In this document: positions 1-7,789 of the stretch, piece after piece | Numbering within the stretch: position 1 is the stretch's first letter | How the letters are laid out: every line of letters starts with the position of its first letter | Origin: an uncultured Trueperaceae bacterium | GTDB lineage: Bacteria > Deinococcota > Deinococci > Deinococcales > Trueperaceae | Reading direction: 5' to 3' | DNA length: 64,000 nucleotides | Assembly (NCBI GenBank): GCA_963815215.1 | Contig: CAWFFU010000003.1 | Coordinates: forward strand, 992,001-1,056,000 | Program-made: the position numbers and the translations under genes | The notes under the pieces: generated by a model | Databases searched by the model: none | What the model was told of the DNA's origin: nothing | The model's input: only the letters and a program-made list of their open reading frames with translations

Positions 1-1461
1 CTGGCCGGCACCGTGTCGGGGGTTCACCTGCTCCCGTTCTGCCCGTCATCGTCCGACGACGGTTTCAGCGTTGTCGACTACCGCGCCGTCGACCGGGATC
101 ACGGCGACTGGGACGACATCGCTGCGCTGGCACGCGACCACCGGCTGATGTTCGACGCCGTCGTCAACCACGTCTCGGCACGCAGCGCCTACCTGCGGGG
201 GTTCCTGGCGGACGATCCACGCTACGCAGGCTTCTTCCTGGAACTCACGCCGGGGATGGACCTGAGCACCGTGGTGCGACCCCGCACCACGCCGCTGGCC
301 ACCGCCTTCCACGACGCGAGCGGACGGCGTCGGGACCTGTGGACCACCTTCAGCGCCGACCAGGTCGATCTGGACTACCACACACCCGAGGTGCTGCTGG
401 AGGTCGCGCGGGTGCTGCTGAACTATGTGGCACGCGGTGCTCAGCTGCTGCGACTCGACGCCGTGACCTACCTCTGGAAGGAGTCGGGCACGTCGTGCGC
501 AAGCCTCCCGCAGACGCACGCCGTGCTCAAGATCCTGCGCGCCGTGCTGGAGGTCGCCGCCCCCTGGGTGGTGGTGCTGACCGAGACGAACGTTCCCCAC
601 CGCGAGAACATCGACTACTTCGGCGACGGCCACGACGAGGCGCAGATGGTCTACAACTTCGCGCTGCCGCCGCTCGTCCTGCACAGCGTGCTGTCCGGCG
701 ACGCCACAGCGTTACGGAGCTGGGCGGCGGGGCTGACGACGCCGTCCGATGCGACCTGCTTCTTCAACTTCCTGGCCTCGCATGATGGCATCGGTCTCCG
801 TGCCGTCGAGGGGATCCTGGACGATGCGGCGGTGGACGCCATGGTCGAGGCGACGCTGGAGCGCGGGGGCCACGTGTCGAGCCGCACCACCGCGGACGGC
901 GAGCGGCCCTACGAGCTCAACGTCAACCTCTTCGACGTTCTCACGCCCCCGGAGGAACCGCTCGACGCCGGCGTGCGGCGCTTCGCCACCGCGCACGCCG
1001 TCATGCTCGCACTCGCCGGCGTGCCCGCGCTGTACGCCCACAGCCTGCTCGGATCGCGCGGCGCCCCCGGCGAGGTCGCGCGCACCGGCCGGGCGCGCAG
1101 CATCAACCGCGAGAAGCTCGATCTGGACCGGCTCGTCGCCGAGCTCGACGACGGACCGGGGCGCCGCGCCCGCGTGCTGGCGGCCCTACGCGGGCTGCTC
1201 GAGGTCCGGCGTCACCACCCGGCCTTCTCGCCCCAGGCCGGTCAGGCGATCCTGCCGACCGAGGGAGGCGTCTTCGGCGTGCGCCGCGAGGCGGCAGGCC
1301 GCAGCGTGTGGTGCCTGCACAACCTCTCCGACCACGCCGTCGCGGTGCCGCCGCGCGCCCGGCCCCGGCGCGGTCGGGACCTTCTCGGCGGCCGTGAGCT
1401 CGAGCCTTCCGACGAGCTCTCCCTGGAGCCCCTCGAGACGCTGTGGCTGGAGTCGAGCTAG
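1..1461 (+). CDS. GH13_18 sugar phosphorylase, probably glucosylglycerate phosphorylase; 5' end lies outside the window
   Basis: Frame 1 is open from base 1. Motifs VHLLPF-PSSSDDGFSV, RLDAV (nucleophile), ETNVPH (acid/base), FLASHDGIG and PYELN. ETN and YELN fit glucosylglycerate phosphorylase better than sucrose phosphorylase (YQVN). Confidence 0.85.
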   Translation: MAGTVSGVHLLPFCPSSSDDGFSVVDYRAVDRDHGDWDDIAALARDHRLMFDAVVNHVSARSAYLRGFLADDPRYAGFFLELTPGMDLSTVVRPRTTPLATAFHDASGRRRDLWTTFSADQVDLDYHTPEVLLEVARVLLNYVARGAQLLRLDAVTYLWKESGTSCASLPQTHAVLKILRAVLEVAAPWVVVLTETNVPHRENIDYFGDGHDEAQMVYNFALPPLVLHSVLSGDATALRSWAAGLTTPSDATCFFNFLASHDGIGLRAVEGILDDAAVDAMVEATLERGGHVSSRTTADGERPYELNVNLFDVLTPPEEPLDAGVRRFATAHAVMLALAGVPALYAHSLLGSRGAPGEVARTGRARSINREKLDLDRLVAELDDGPGRRARVLAALRGLLEVRRHHPAFSPQAGQAILPTEGGVFGVRREAAGRSVWCLHNLSDHAVAVPPRARPRRGRDLLGGRELEPSDELSLEPLETLWLESS

Positions 1462-1599
1462 GCGTTGCCGGCCGGCCGATCGAGAGCGCCGTGCACGGCG
1501 CGGCGCCGCAGCGAGCTCCGAGGCCGGTGTCATGCGACGGCGGACAACGCCGCGAGCACGGCGCTCCATCTGCTTCAATGGAGACGAAGGAGCGCCTCC

Positions 1600-2808
1600 A
1601 TGAGTAGTGAACGCCGTCTTCACTTCGCGACGCGCGCGGTCCACGAGGGTCAGCATCCGGACCCCGGCACCGGCGCGCATGCAACCCCCATCTACCAGAC
1701 GTCCACCTTCAGCTACGGAAGCTACGCCCGCGGCGCGGCGCTGTTCGCCGGCGACGCCGAGGGCTACGTCTACAGCCGGATCGGCAACCCCACCACGCGT
1801 GCGTTCGAGGAGAAGCTCGCGTCGCTCGAAGGCACCGAGGACGCGGTCGCCTTCGCGTCCGGCATGGGCGCCATCAGCGCCCTGCTGCTCACCACGCTGC
1901 GCCCGGGCGACGAGGTGCTCACGCTCGGTCCGCTCTACGGCGGCACGGAGGGCCTGCTACGGGACCTGCTCGTGCCCTACGGCATCCGTCACCGCGACCT
2001 CGACGACGCCGACCTGGCTGACGCCATCGGTCCGGCGACCCGCATGATCTACCTCGAGACCCCGACCAATCCCACGCTCGGGCTGCACGATCTCGGCCAC
2101 GTCTCCGCCATGGCCCGGGGCAAGGGGATCCTCACCGTCGCCGACAACACCTTCAGCACGCCCTACCTGACACGCCCGGTCGAGCACGGCATCGACGTGG
2201 TGGTCCACTCCGCCACCAAGTACCTGAGCGGCCACGGCGATGTCGTCGCCGGGGTCGTCGCCGGACCCTCGGAACTGATGGCGGAGCTTCGCAGCCACGG
2301 GCTGCGCCATGTGGGCGCCGCCCTCGGCCCGTTCGAGAGCTTCCTGCTGCTGCGCGGCTGCAAGACGCTGGCGGTCCGCATGGAGCGCCACTGCGACAAC
2401 GCCGAGAGGGTGGCGCGCGGCGTGGAGGGCCACCCGGCGGTGGCCGCGGTGCACTTCCCCGGCCTCGAGCACCACCCCCGTCATGCGCTGGCCGCCCGCC
2501 AGATGGCGCGACCCGGGGGCATGCTGGCGCTCGAGCTCCGTGGCGGGACCGCTGCGGCCGAGCGCTTCCTCGACACCCTCACCCTCTTCGTCCAGGCGGT
2601 CTCGCTGGGGGACGTGGAGTCCCTCGCCACCCACCCGGCGAGCACCACCCACCAGCTCCTGGCGCCGGAGGCGCGGGCGCGCCACGGCATCACCGACGGC
2701 CTCGTGCGCTTGTCGATCGGCATCGAGGACGGCGACGACCTGCTCGAAGACGTGTTGCACGCCCTGGACGCCGTCGCCAAGGACGTCGCGGCGACCGTCG
2801 ACGCCTGA
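1600..2808 (+). CDS. Methionine gamma-lyase / Cys-Met metabolism PLP enzyme
   Basis: PIYQTSTF, YSRIGNPT, FASGMGAI, DNTF, HSATKYLSGHGD (PLP Lys), AVSLGDVESL and RLSIGIE. ATG at 1600 follows a GAAGGAG RBS. Confidence 0.88.
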   Translation: MSSERRLHFATRAVHEGQHPDPGTGAHATPIYQTSTFSYGSYARGAALFAGDAEGYVYSRIGNPTTRAFEEKLASLEGTEDAVAFASGMGAISALLLTTLRPGDEVLTLGPLYGGTEGLLRDLLVPYGIRHRDLDDADLADAIGPATRMIYLETPTNPTLGLHDLGHVSAMARGKGILTVADNTFSTPYLTRPVEHGIDVVVHSATKYLSGHGDVVAGVVAGPSELMAELRSHGLRHVGAALGPFESFLLLRGCKTLAVRMERHCDNAERVARGVEGHPAVAAVHFPGLEHHPRHALAARQMARPGGMLALELRGGTAAAERFLDTLTLFVQAVSLGDVESLATHPASTTHQLLAPEARARHGITDGLVRLSIGIEDGDDLLEDVLHALDAVAKDVAATVDA

Positions 2809-2846
2809 GCCCTCGGCGCGGCGTCGTGCGCCCACCGCTTCCCGGA

Positions 2847-3146
2847 TCAGACCGTCAGGACGGCGTTCTCCGTGCCCATGACGTTGCCCACCAGGCCGTC
2901 GGGGCGCTCGTCGTTGCGGTAGTCGACCGCTCCGTCCTTCAACAGCCGGTAGCGGTACTGATAGCTGCGGCCCGGCTCGAGCTCCTGAACGAGCTTCCAG
3001 CGCCCGTTCTTGAGGCGCCCGAAGGCCACGGGTCGCCAGTCGGTGAAATCGGCGACGAGCTGGACCTCGTCGGCAGCGACATCGGCGGCGACCTCGAAGG
3101 TCACCTTGGCCACGTTGCGTGTCTTCACGAACTGCTTCTTGACCAT
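2847..3146 (-). CDS. Isoamylase early-set (CBM48-like) domain protein
   Basis: MVKKQFVK...KVTF...VADFTDW...LEPGRSYQYRY...ND..D..V.N..G.ENAV. GGAAGGA RBS upstream. Confidence 0.8.
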   Translation of the reverse strand: MVKKQFVKTRNVAKVTFEVAADVAADEVQLVADFTDWRPVAFGRLKNGRWKLVQELEPGRSYQYRYRLLKDGAVDYRNDERPDGLVGNVMGTENAVLTV

Positions 3147-3319
3147 GGGAGGTCCTTCCCGGGGACCGGCCCCGCGGGCGTAGCGCACGCCCCCACCCGC
3201 CGGGCGGCAGGCCCGGGGACGGTTCGAGGAAGTCTAGGGTCCCTGTCCGCCAAGGTCAAGCGCCTGCCGCCACGTTTCGCGCCGGACGCTCGTGGGCTAG
3301 CCTGGACGCAGGAGGCGAT

Positions 3320-3754
3320 GTGGCTCAGCTCAGCGACGGCGAGATCACGGAGCACTACGTAGTGGCGGTAGCGGCGGCCGTCTTCCGAGACGGGCGGGTG
3401 CTGGCCATGCGCCGCTCCGCCACCCGCCAGGCCGGTCCCGGCCTGTGGGAGACCCTCTCGGGCCGCCTGCGCCTGGACGAGGATCCCGTGGCGGCGGTGG
3501 CGCGCGAGATCACCGAGGAGTGCGGCCTGCGGGTGCGCGTGCACCCGCGGCCCGTCACCGCCTATCAGGCGCGCCGCGCCGGCGAGCCCATGGTGGTGGT
3601 GGTCTACCGAGCGGACGCCGAACCGGGCGAAGTGGTGCGCACCGACGAGCACGACGATCACGCATGGCTGACGCCGGAGGCGTTCGCATCCGTCACCACG
3701 CTGGCTCCGCTGGCGCAGGCGGTATCCGCCGCGGCGGCGCTGACGGAGGGCTGA
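3320..3754 (+). CDS. NUDIX hydrolase
   Basis: Nudix box GRLRLDEDPVAAVAREITEECGL and EH...W motif. GGAGG RBS. Confidence 0.85.
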   Translation: MAQLSDGEITEHYVVAVAAAVFRDGRVLAMRRSATRQAGPGLWETLSGRLRLDEDPVAAVAREITEECGLRVRVHPRPVTAYQARRAGEPMVVVVYRADAEPGEVVRTDEHDDHAWLTPEAFASVTTLAPLAQAVSAAAALTEG

Positions 3755-3763
3755 GTCCCGCCC

Positions 3764-4153
3764 ATGACGCGCGTCGAGGCGACCGAACGTCTGAGCGAGC
3801 TGGCGTTGCCTCCCGGAGGTTACGTCGTCCACGGCAGCGGCGCGCTGCTGCTCCGGGGCCTGATCGACCGCACCCGCGACCTGGACGTGCTGGCACGCGG
3901 CGACGCCTGGCAGGCCGCCTGCCGGCTGGCGGCGCCTCAGCGCGGCCTGAACGACCCGGTGGTCCGACCCGCGCCCGACCTCGAGATCTGGGGTGGCTGG
4001 CTGGGAGACGACGTCGACGCCCTGATCGACGGTGCCGAGCTGGTGGACGGTTGGCCCTGTGTCGAGCTGCGCGCGCTACTCGCCTTCAAGGAGCGCCTCG
4101 ACCGGCCCCAGGATCGCGAGCACATCGCGCTCTTGCGCGCCATGCTGGGCTGA
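3764..4153 (+). CDS. Small nucleotidyltransferase-fold hypothetical protein
   Basis: VVHGSGAL...TRDLDVL (GS plus DxD) and C-terminal K..LDRPQDREHI. Confidence 0.6.
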   Translation: MTRVEATERLSELALPPGGYVVHGSGALLLRGLIDRTRDLDVLARGDAWQAACRLAAPQRGLNDPVVRPAPDLEIWGGWLGDDVDALIDGAELVDGWPCVELRALLAFKERLDRPQDREHIALLRAMLG

Positions 4154-4212
4154 CCCGTCGTCCCGGGCGCGGCCGTCCGCAGCCGGGCCGGCGCGTCCCG
4201 GCGCCCCCGCCG

Positions 4213-4241
4213 TTGACACGCCCGCGGACGCCTGCTAGATT
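4213..4241 (+). promoter_or_regulatory. Sigma70-type promoter of the aspS leader
   Basis: TTGACA (4213-4218), 17-bp spacer, TAGATT (4236-4241) with an extended -10 TG. Confidence 0.8.
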
Positions 4242-4251
4242 ACCGCCCAAG

Positions 4252-4314
4252 ATGGGTGCGCCCCGGAACCTTATGGTTGACGACAATTTCCCCGCGAGGT
4301 GGCTCGGGGCGTAG
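4252..4314 (+). CDS. Putative aspS leader peptide MGAPRNLMVDDNFPARWLGA (alternative start at 4273)
   Basis: Short ORF just after the promoter, with GAC GAC AAT (Asp-Asp-Asn) at 4279-4287. It overlaps alternative hairpins. Confidence 0.7.
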   Translation: MGAPRNLMVDDNFPARWLGA

Positions 4315-4334
4315 GCCGCGGTTCGGCCCTTTGG

Positions 4335-4367
4335 ACACCCCGAGGTTCCCCTCGGGGTGTTTTTCTT
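4335..4367 (+). terminator. Attenuator terminator upstream of aspS
   Basis: ACACCCCGAGG-ttcc-CCTCGGGGTGT stem followed by TTTTCTT, directly before the aspS RBS. Confidence 0.85.
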
Positions 4368-4380
4368 GGAGGAGCGTAGG

Positions 4381-5673
4381 ATGCAGACCTTGACCGACGA
4401 GCGAACGCTCACACGCGCGCTGCCGACCCAGCTGGGCGAGACCGTGACCCTGCAGGGCTGGGTCCACAACCGCCGTGACCTGGGCGGCATCCAGTTCCTG
4501 CTGCTGCGCGACCGGAGCGGCCTGGTGCAGTGCGTGTTCGAGCACACCGAGCTGCCGTTGCACGAGAGCTGCGTGCGGGTGCGGGGCACCGTGGTCGCCA
4601 ACGAACGCGCGCCCGGTGGCGTCGAGGTGCAGGCCGACGGGCTGGAGGTCCTCAGCCGTGCGCTGGTCCCGCCGCCGGTGGAGATCTCCAAGGAGGAGTG
4701 GCACGCCAACCCCGAGACGCTGCTGGAGTACCGCCACATGACCGTCCGCGGGCTCAAGGCGCAGGCGGCGCTGAAGGTGCAGGCCGAGCTGGTGAGCGCC
4801 TTCCGCGCCTACCTCGATGCCCGTGACTTCACCGAGATCTTCACGCCCAAGCTGGTGGCCGCGGGCGCCGAGAGCGGCGCCAACCTCTTCGAGGTCGACT
4901 ACTACGGCAAGCGCGCGTACCTGGCGCAATCGCCGCAGCTCTACAAGCAGATCATGGTCGCGGTGTACGAGCGCGTCTACGAGGTGGCGCCGGTGTTCCG
5001 GGCCGAGCCCAGCCACACCACCCGGCACCTGGCGGAGTACCTCTCGCTCGACGTGGAGTTCGGCTTCATCCGCGACGAGGGGGACGTGATGGACCTGCAG
5101 GAGGGGCTGTTCAAGGCGATGATGGCGCGGGTGGCGGAGCGCTGCGCTCCCCAGCTCGAGCTGATGGAGGCTGCGGCGCCCCCGCTGGACCCGGCCATCC
5201 CACGCATCCCGTTGCTCGAGGCGCGCGAGCTCGTGGCCGAGCGCTACGGCCACCGGACCGGCGGCAAGGACCTCGACCCCGAGGCCGAGCGCCTGCTGGG
5301 CCGCTGGGCACGCGAGGAGCACGGCAGCGACTTCGTCTTCGTCACCAAGTTCCCGCAAGCGGCGCGCCCCTTCTACACCTACCCCGAGCCGGACGGCGAG
5401 CTGACGCGCGGCATCGACCTGCTGTTCCGCGGCGTGGAGATCACCTCCGGCGGGCAGCGCGTGCACGACTACGACATGCTGCTCGGAGAGTTGGAGAAGC
5501 GGCACATGGACCCGGAAGCCTTCAGCGGCTACCTCGACGTCTTCCGCCACGGCATGCCGCCCCACGGCGGCTTCGCGGCCGGAGCAGAGCGACTCACCGC
5601 CCTGCTGCTCGGCATCCCCAACGTCCGCTTCGCGCGCGCCTTCCCCCGCGACGGCAGCCGGCTCCAGCCCTGA
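4381..5673 (+). CDS. aspS: Aspartate--tRNA(Asp/Asn) ligase, non-discriminating archaeal-type AspRS
   Basis: OB fold GWVHNRRDLGG, RAPGG loop (His and Pro typical of non-discriminating enzymes), YLAQSPQLYKQ, FRAE, PFYT, EITSGGQR and GMPPHGGF..GAER. 430 aa with no GAD insert. Confidence 0.93.
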   Translation: MQTLTDERTLTRALPTQLGETVTLQGWVHNRRDLGGIQFLLLRDRSGLVQCVFEHTELPLHESCVRVRGTVVANERAPGGVEVQADGLEVLSRALVPPPVEISKEEWHANPETLLEYRHMTVRGLKAQAALKVQAELVSAFRAYLDARDFTEIFTPKLVAAGAESGANLFEVDYYGKRAYLAQSPQLYKQIMVAVYERVYEVAPVFRAEPSHTTRHLAEYLSLDVEFGFIRDEGDVMDLQEGLFKAMMARVAERCAPQLELMEAAAPPLDPAIPRIPLLEARELVAERYGHRTGGKDLDPEAERLLGRWAREEHGSDFVFVTKFPQAARPFYTYPEPDGELTRGIDLLFRGVEITSGGQRVHDYDMLLGELEKRHMDPEAFSGYLDVFRHGMPPHGGFAAGAERLTALLLGIPNVRFARAFPRDGSRLQP

Positions 5674-5855
5674 GCCGCGAGCGGCCTCGGGGCGCCGCGC
5701 GAGCGACCGCAGGTCCGAGCGCTTGCGTGCGCCGCCCGCTCGCCGGACGATTGCGCCCCGGGAACGCGGCCTGCGGAGCACGATGGGACGGCGTTCGCCC
5801 CCTGAAGACCGCGCACGTGCACGTTCCGAAAGCGGGTTCGCCCCAGACTAGGGGC

Positions 5856-6230
5856 ATGGCAGGGACGAGCCCCAGGGCCGACTGCGCATCGGCGCACCGT
5901 GCACGCGACGGCGCCGCTTCGGCGGGCGGCGCCCCCATGGTCGGGCCGGCCGCAACCTTGAGAGAGGCGCGAGTCGTTCCGCGGGGCCTTCGGAGCTGCC
6001 TCGAGCACGAGCTGGAGAACCTGCGGCGACTGCTGCGCTATCGCGGCCTGGAGCGCAGGTTCGGCGATCAGCTCGGGCCCGTCGACGAAGCCGTGCGGGA
6101 GGCGCTGGATGCAGGCTCCCGAACCCTCTCGCTATCCGCTCTGCGAACGATCACCGCGTTGACGACCGAAGTGAACCGCGAGCCTTCGAAGCGTGTGGCT
6201 TCCGGCGACGGCAACGCGGACCGAGCCTGA
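5856..6230 (+). CDS. Hypothetical protein, possibly degenerate
   Basis: Open frame with a helical-looking segment LEHELENLRRLLRYRGLE. No family recognised. Confidence 0.3.
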   Translation: MAGTSPRADCASAHRARDGAASAGGAPMVGPAATLREARVVPRGLRSCLEHELENLRRLLRYRGLERRFGDQLGPVDEAVREALDAGSRTLSLSALRTITALTTEVNREPSKRVASGDGNADRA

Positions 6231-6469
6231 GCCGCTCTCCGGCAACGGGCGACCGTCGGTTCGAAGCGTCCTCGCGGGCCGCTCTGCTGAGGCCTCGCCA
6301 GGGTCTGCGCCACCACCACCGGCCGGGTCACGGTCCGGGCGCGGCTTCGCCTTCGTAAGCATGTCCATGACGACGGCCTCAGCGCGCCTCCTGGTGCGCC
6401 TCCTGGGATGCCAAGCTCACGCCACTCCGTCGATCGGCCATCGAGCTGCCAGTACGTGCGGTGGCAGGA

Positions 6470-6501
6470 TTGACGGCCGATTGACGGCCCTCCGCTACGC
6501 T
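6470..6501 (+). promoter_or_regulatory. SARP-type activator boxes plus -10 upstream of the CsgG-like gene
   Basis: TTGACGG at 6470 and 6481 (11-bp period), 8-bp gap, then TACGCT at 6496-6501. Confidence 0.7.
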
Positions 6502-6527
6502 CGCCGAAACCTGGAAGGAGGGTAACG

Positions 6528-7214
6528 ATGCGTCGAGGTGTCGTCTCGCTACTCTTGTCGATCGGTGTTCTCGGGCTGGGGGCGTGCGCCCCCGGAGCTA
6601 CCCGTGTTGCCGCGAGCCCTGCCGACAACGGATCCGCCGCCGCTCCCGCTGACACCATGGCGGCGGCTGACCAACCCTGCGCGTCACCGGACACGCCGGT
6701 GGTGGCGGTGATCCAGTTCGACAACACCACGGCGCAGTACGGCACCACCGTCACCGGCGTCGAGGACGCGGCCACCGCCCGCCTCATCACGCTGATGAAG
6801 GAGTCGGGCTGCTACACAGTCGTGGAGCGCAGCGTGCTGCAGGACCTCATCGCCCAGCAGGGCCTGGAGTCGACGGACCCGGTCGAACTCGCCAAGGCCG
6901 CGGGAGCCGGCTACGTGGTCACCGGCGTCGTCACGCGCGCCACCATCGCCAAGCCGCAGGTGGGGCTGTTCGGCGTGTCCGTCGGCGCCGCCACCGCCCG
7001 GGTCGAGGTAGACGTGCGCGCCACCGACATCATCACCGGCGAGGTCGTGGTGTCGATGACCGGCGGCGGGGACGCCTCGAACCCCAAGCTGGCCCTCAAC
7101 AGAACCCCTGTCGGCCGCATCTCGTACGACGATCCGACGCTCGGGCCGCTCCTAGCCGAGGCGTCGACGCAGGCGGTGGATCAGGTTGTGGCGGCGATCC
7201 GGGCGGAGTTCTGA
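6528..7214 (+). CDS. CsgG/HfaB-family lipoprotein
   Basis: Lipobox LGAC, then VAVIQFDN, YTVVERSVL..LIAQQ, YVVTGVVT and VDVRATDIITGEVV. GGAAGGAGG RBS. Confidence 0.8.
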   Translation: MRRGVVSLLLSIGVLGLGACAPGATRVAASPADNGSAAAPADTMAAADQPCASPDTPVVAVIQFDNTTAQYGTTVTGVEDAATARLITLMKESGCYTVVERSVLQDLIAQQGLESTDPVELAKAAGAGYVVTGVVTRATIAKPQVGLFGVSVGAATARVEVDVRATDIITGEVVVSMTGGGDASNPKLALNRTPVGRISYDDPTLGPLLAEASTQAVDQVVAAIRAEF

Positions 7215-7319
7215 CGCCCACCCTACCTGTCCTCGGTTCGGTCACCCGCTGCGTCCAGCCCGGAGGACGACCACGGGGAACACCTGGGTCGTGGCCGAGT
7301 CCGAACCAATTCGGTCTCG

Positions 7320-7780
7320 CCGTGCGCCCTCGATGGCCCACAGGCGCCTTCTAGGAGCGTGCTCGCAAACGCTGCGGGGCATGCAGCGGTACACGAAGGC
7401 GGAAGTGCCCGCGCTCCCCGTCGGCGGAATCCACCACCGAGAGGGTGTGCGAAGCCCTGTGCGTGTCGACCCCGATGACGAAACCCATCCTGTCCACGAG
7501 CCCACCAGCACGCATGCCGCAATTCCCGTAGGCATAGTGGTGCGTCCGGTGTGGGCGCCGCAGGCAGGACTGTAGCGGGTCACGCCGATTCGAGTGCGGA
7601 CAGGCTTCCGATCAAGCCAGTCCCGGTGTTCGCGCCGGCGCCCCGGAAGACGAAATCTATCCTGAGCAAGAGCAGTCGCTCCCGACCGCCAATGCGTATA
7701 CAAGTTGCAGCCGGCGGTTTCCTGGAACCACCCTGACAGACAGTCCGCTCCCAAGAGCGGGATTGAGCGACCATTACAGC
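7320..7780 (-). mobile_element. Degenerate IS110-family element: truncated, frameshifted transposase N-terminus plus upstream non-coding end
   Basis: The minus frame from 7515 reads MRAGGLVDRMGFVIGVDTHRASHTLSVVD (DEDD RuvC start), hits a stop, and RRLWAIEG continues in another frame. About 265 bp of non-coding DNA lies upstream. Confidence 0.7.
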
Positions 7781-7789
7781 GTCCTTTCC

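Noticed and set aside
1462..1599. SAM-I riboswitch before the methionine gamma-lyase gene
   Set aside because: Only ATCGAGAG resembles the 5' end. GAGGGA, GCAACC and the closing AGAT are absent.
4245..4370. T-box riboswitch upstream of aspS
   Set aside because: There is no TGGNACC T-box bulge and the leader is too short for stem I. A leader-peptide attenuator explains the structure better.
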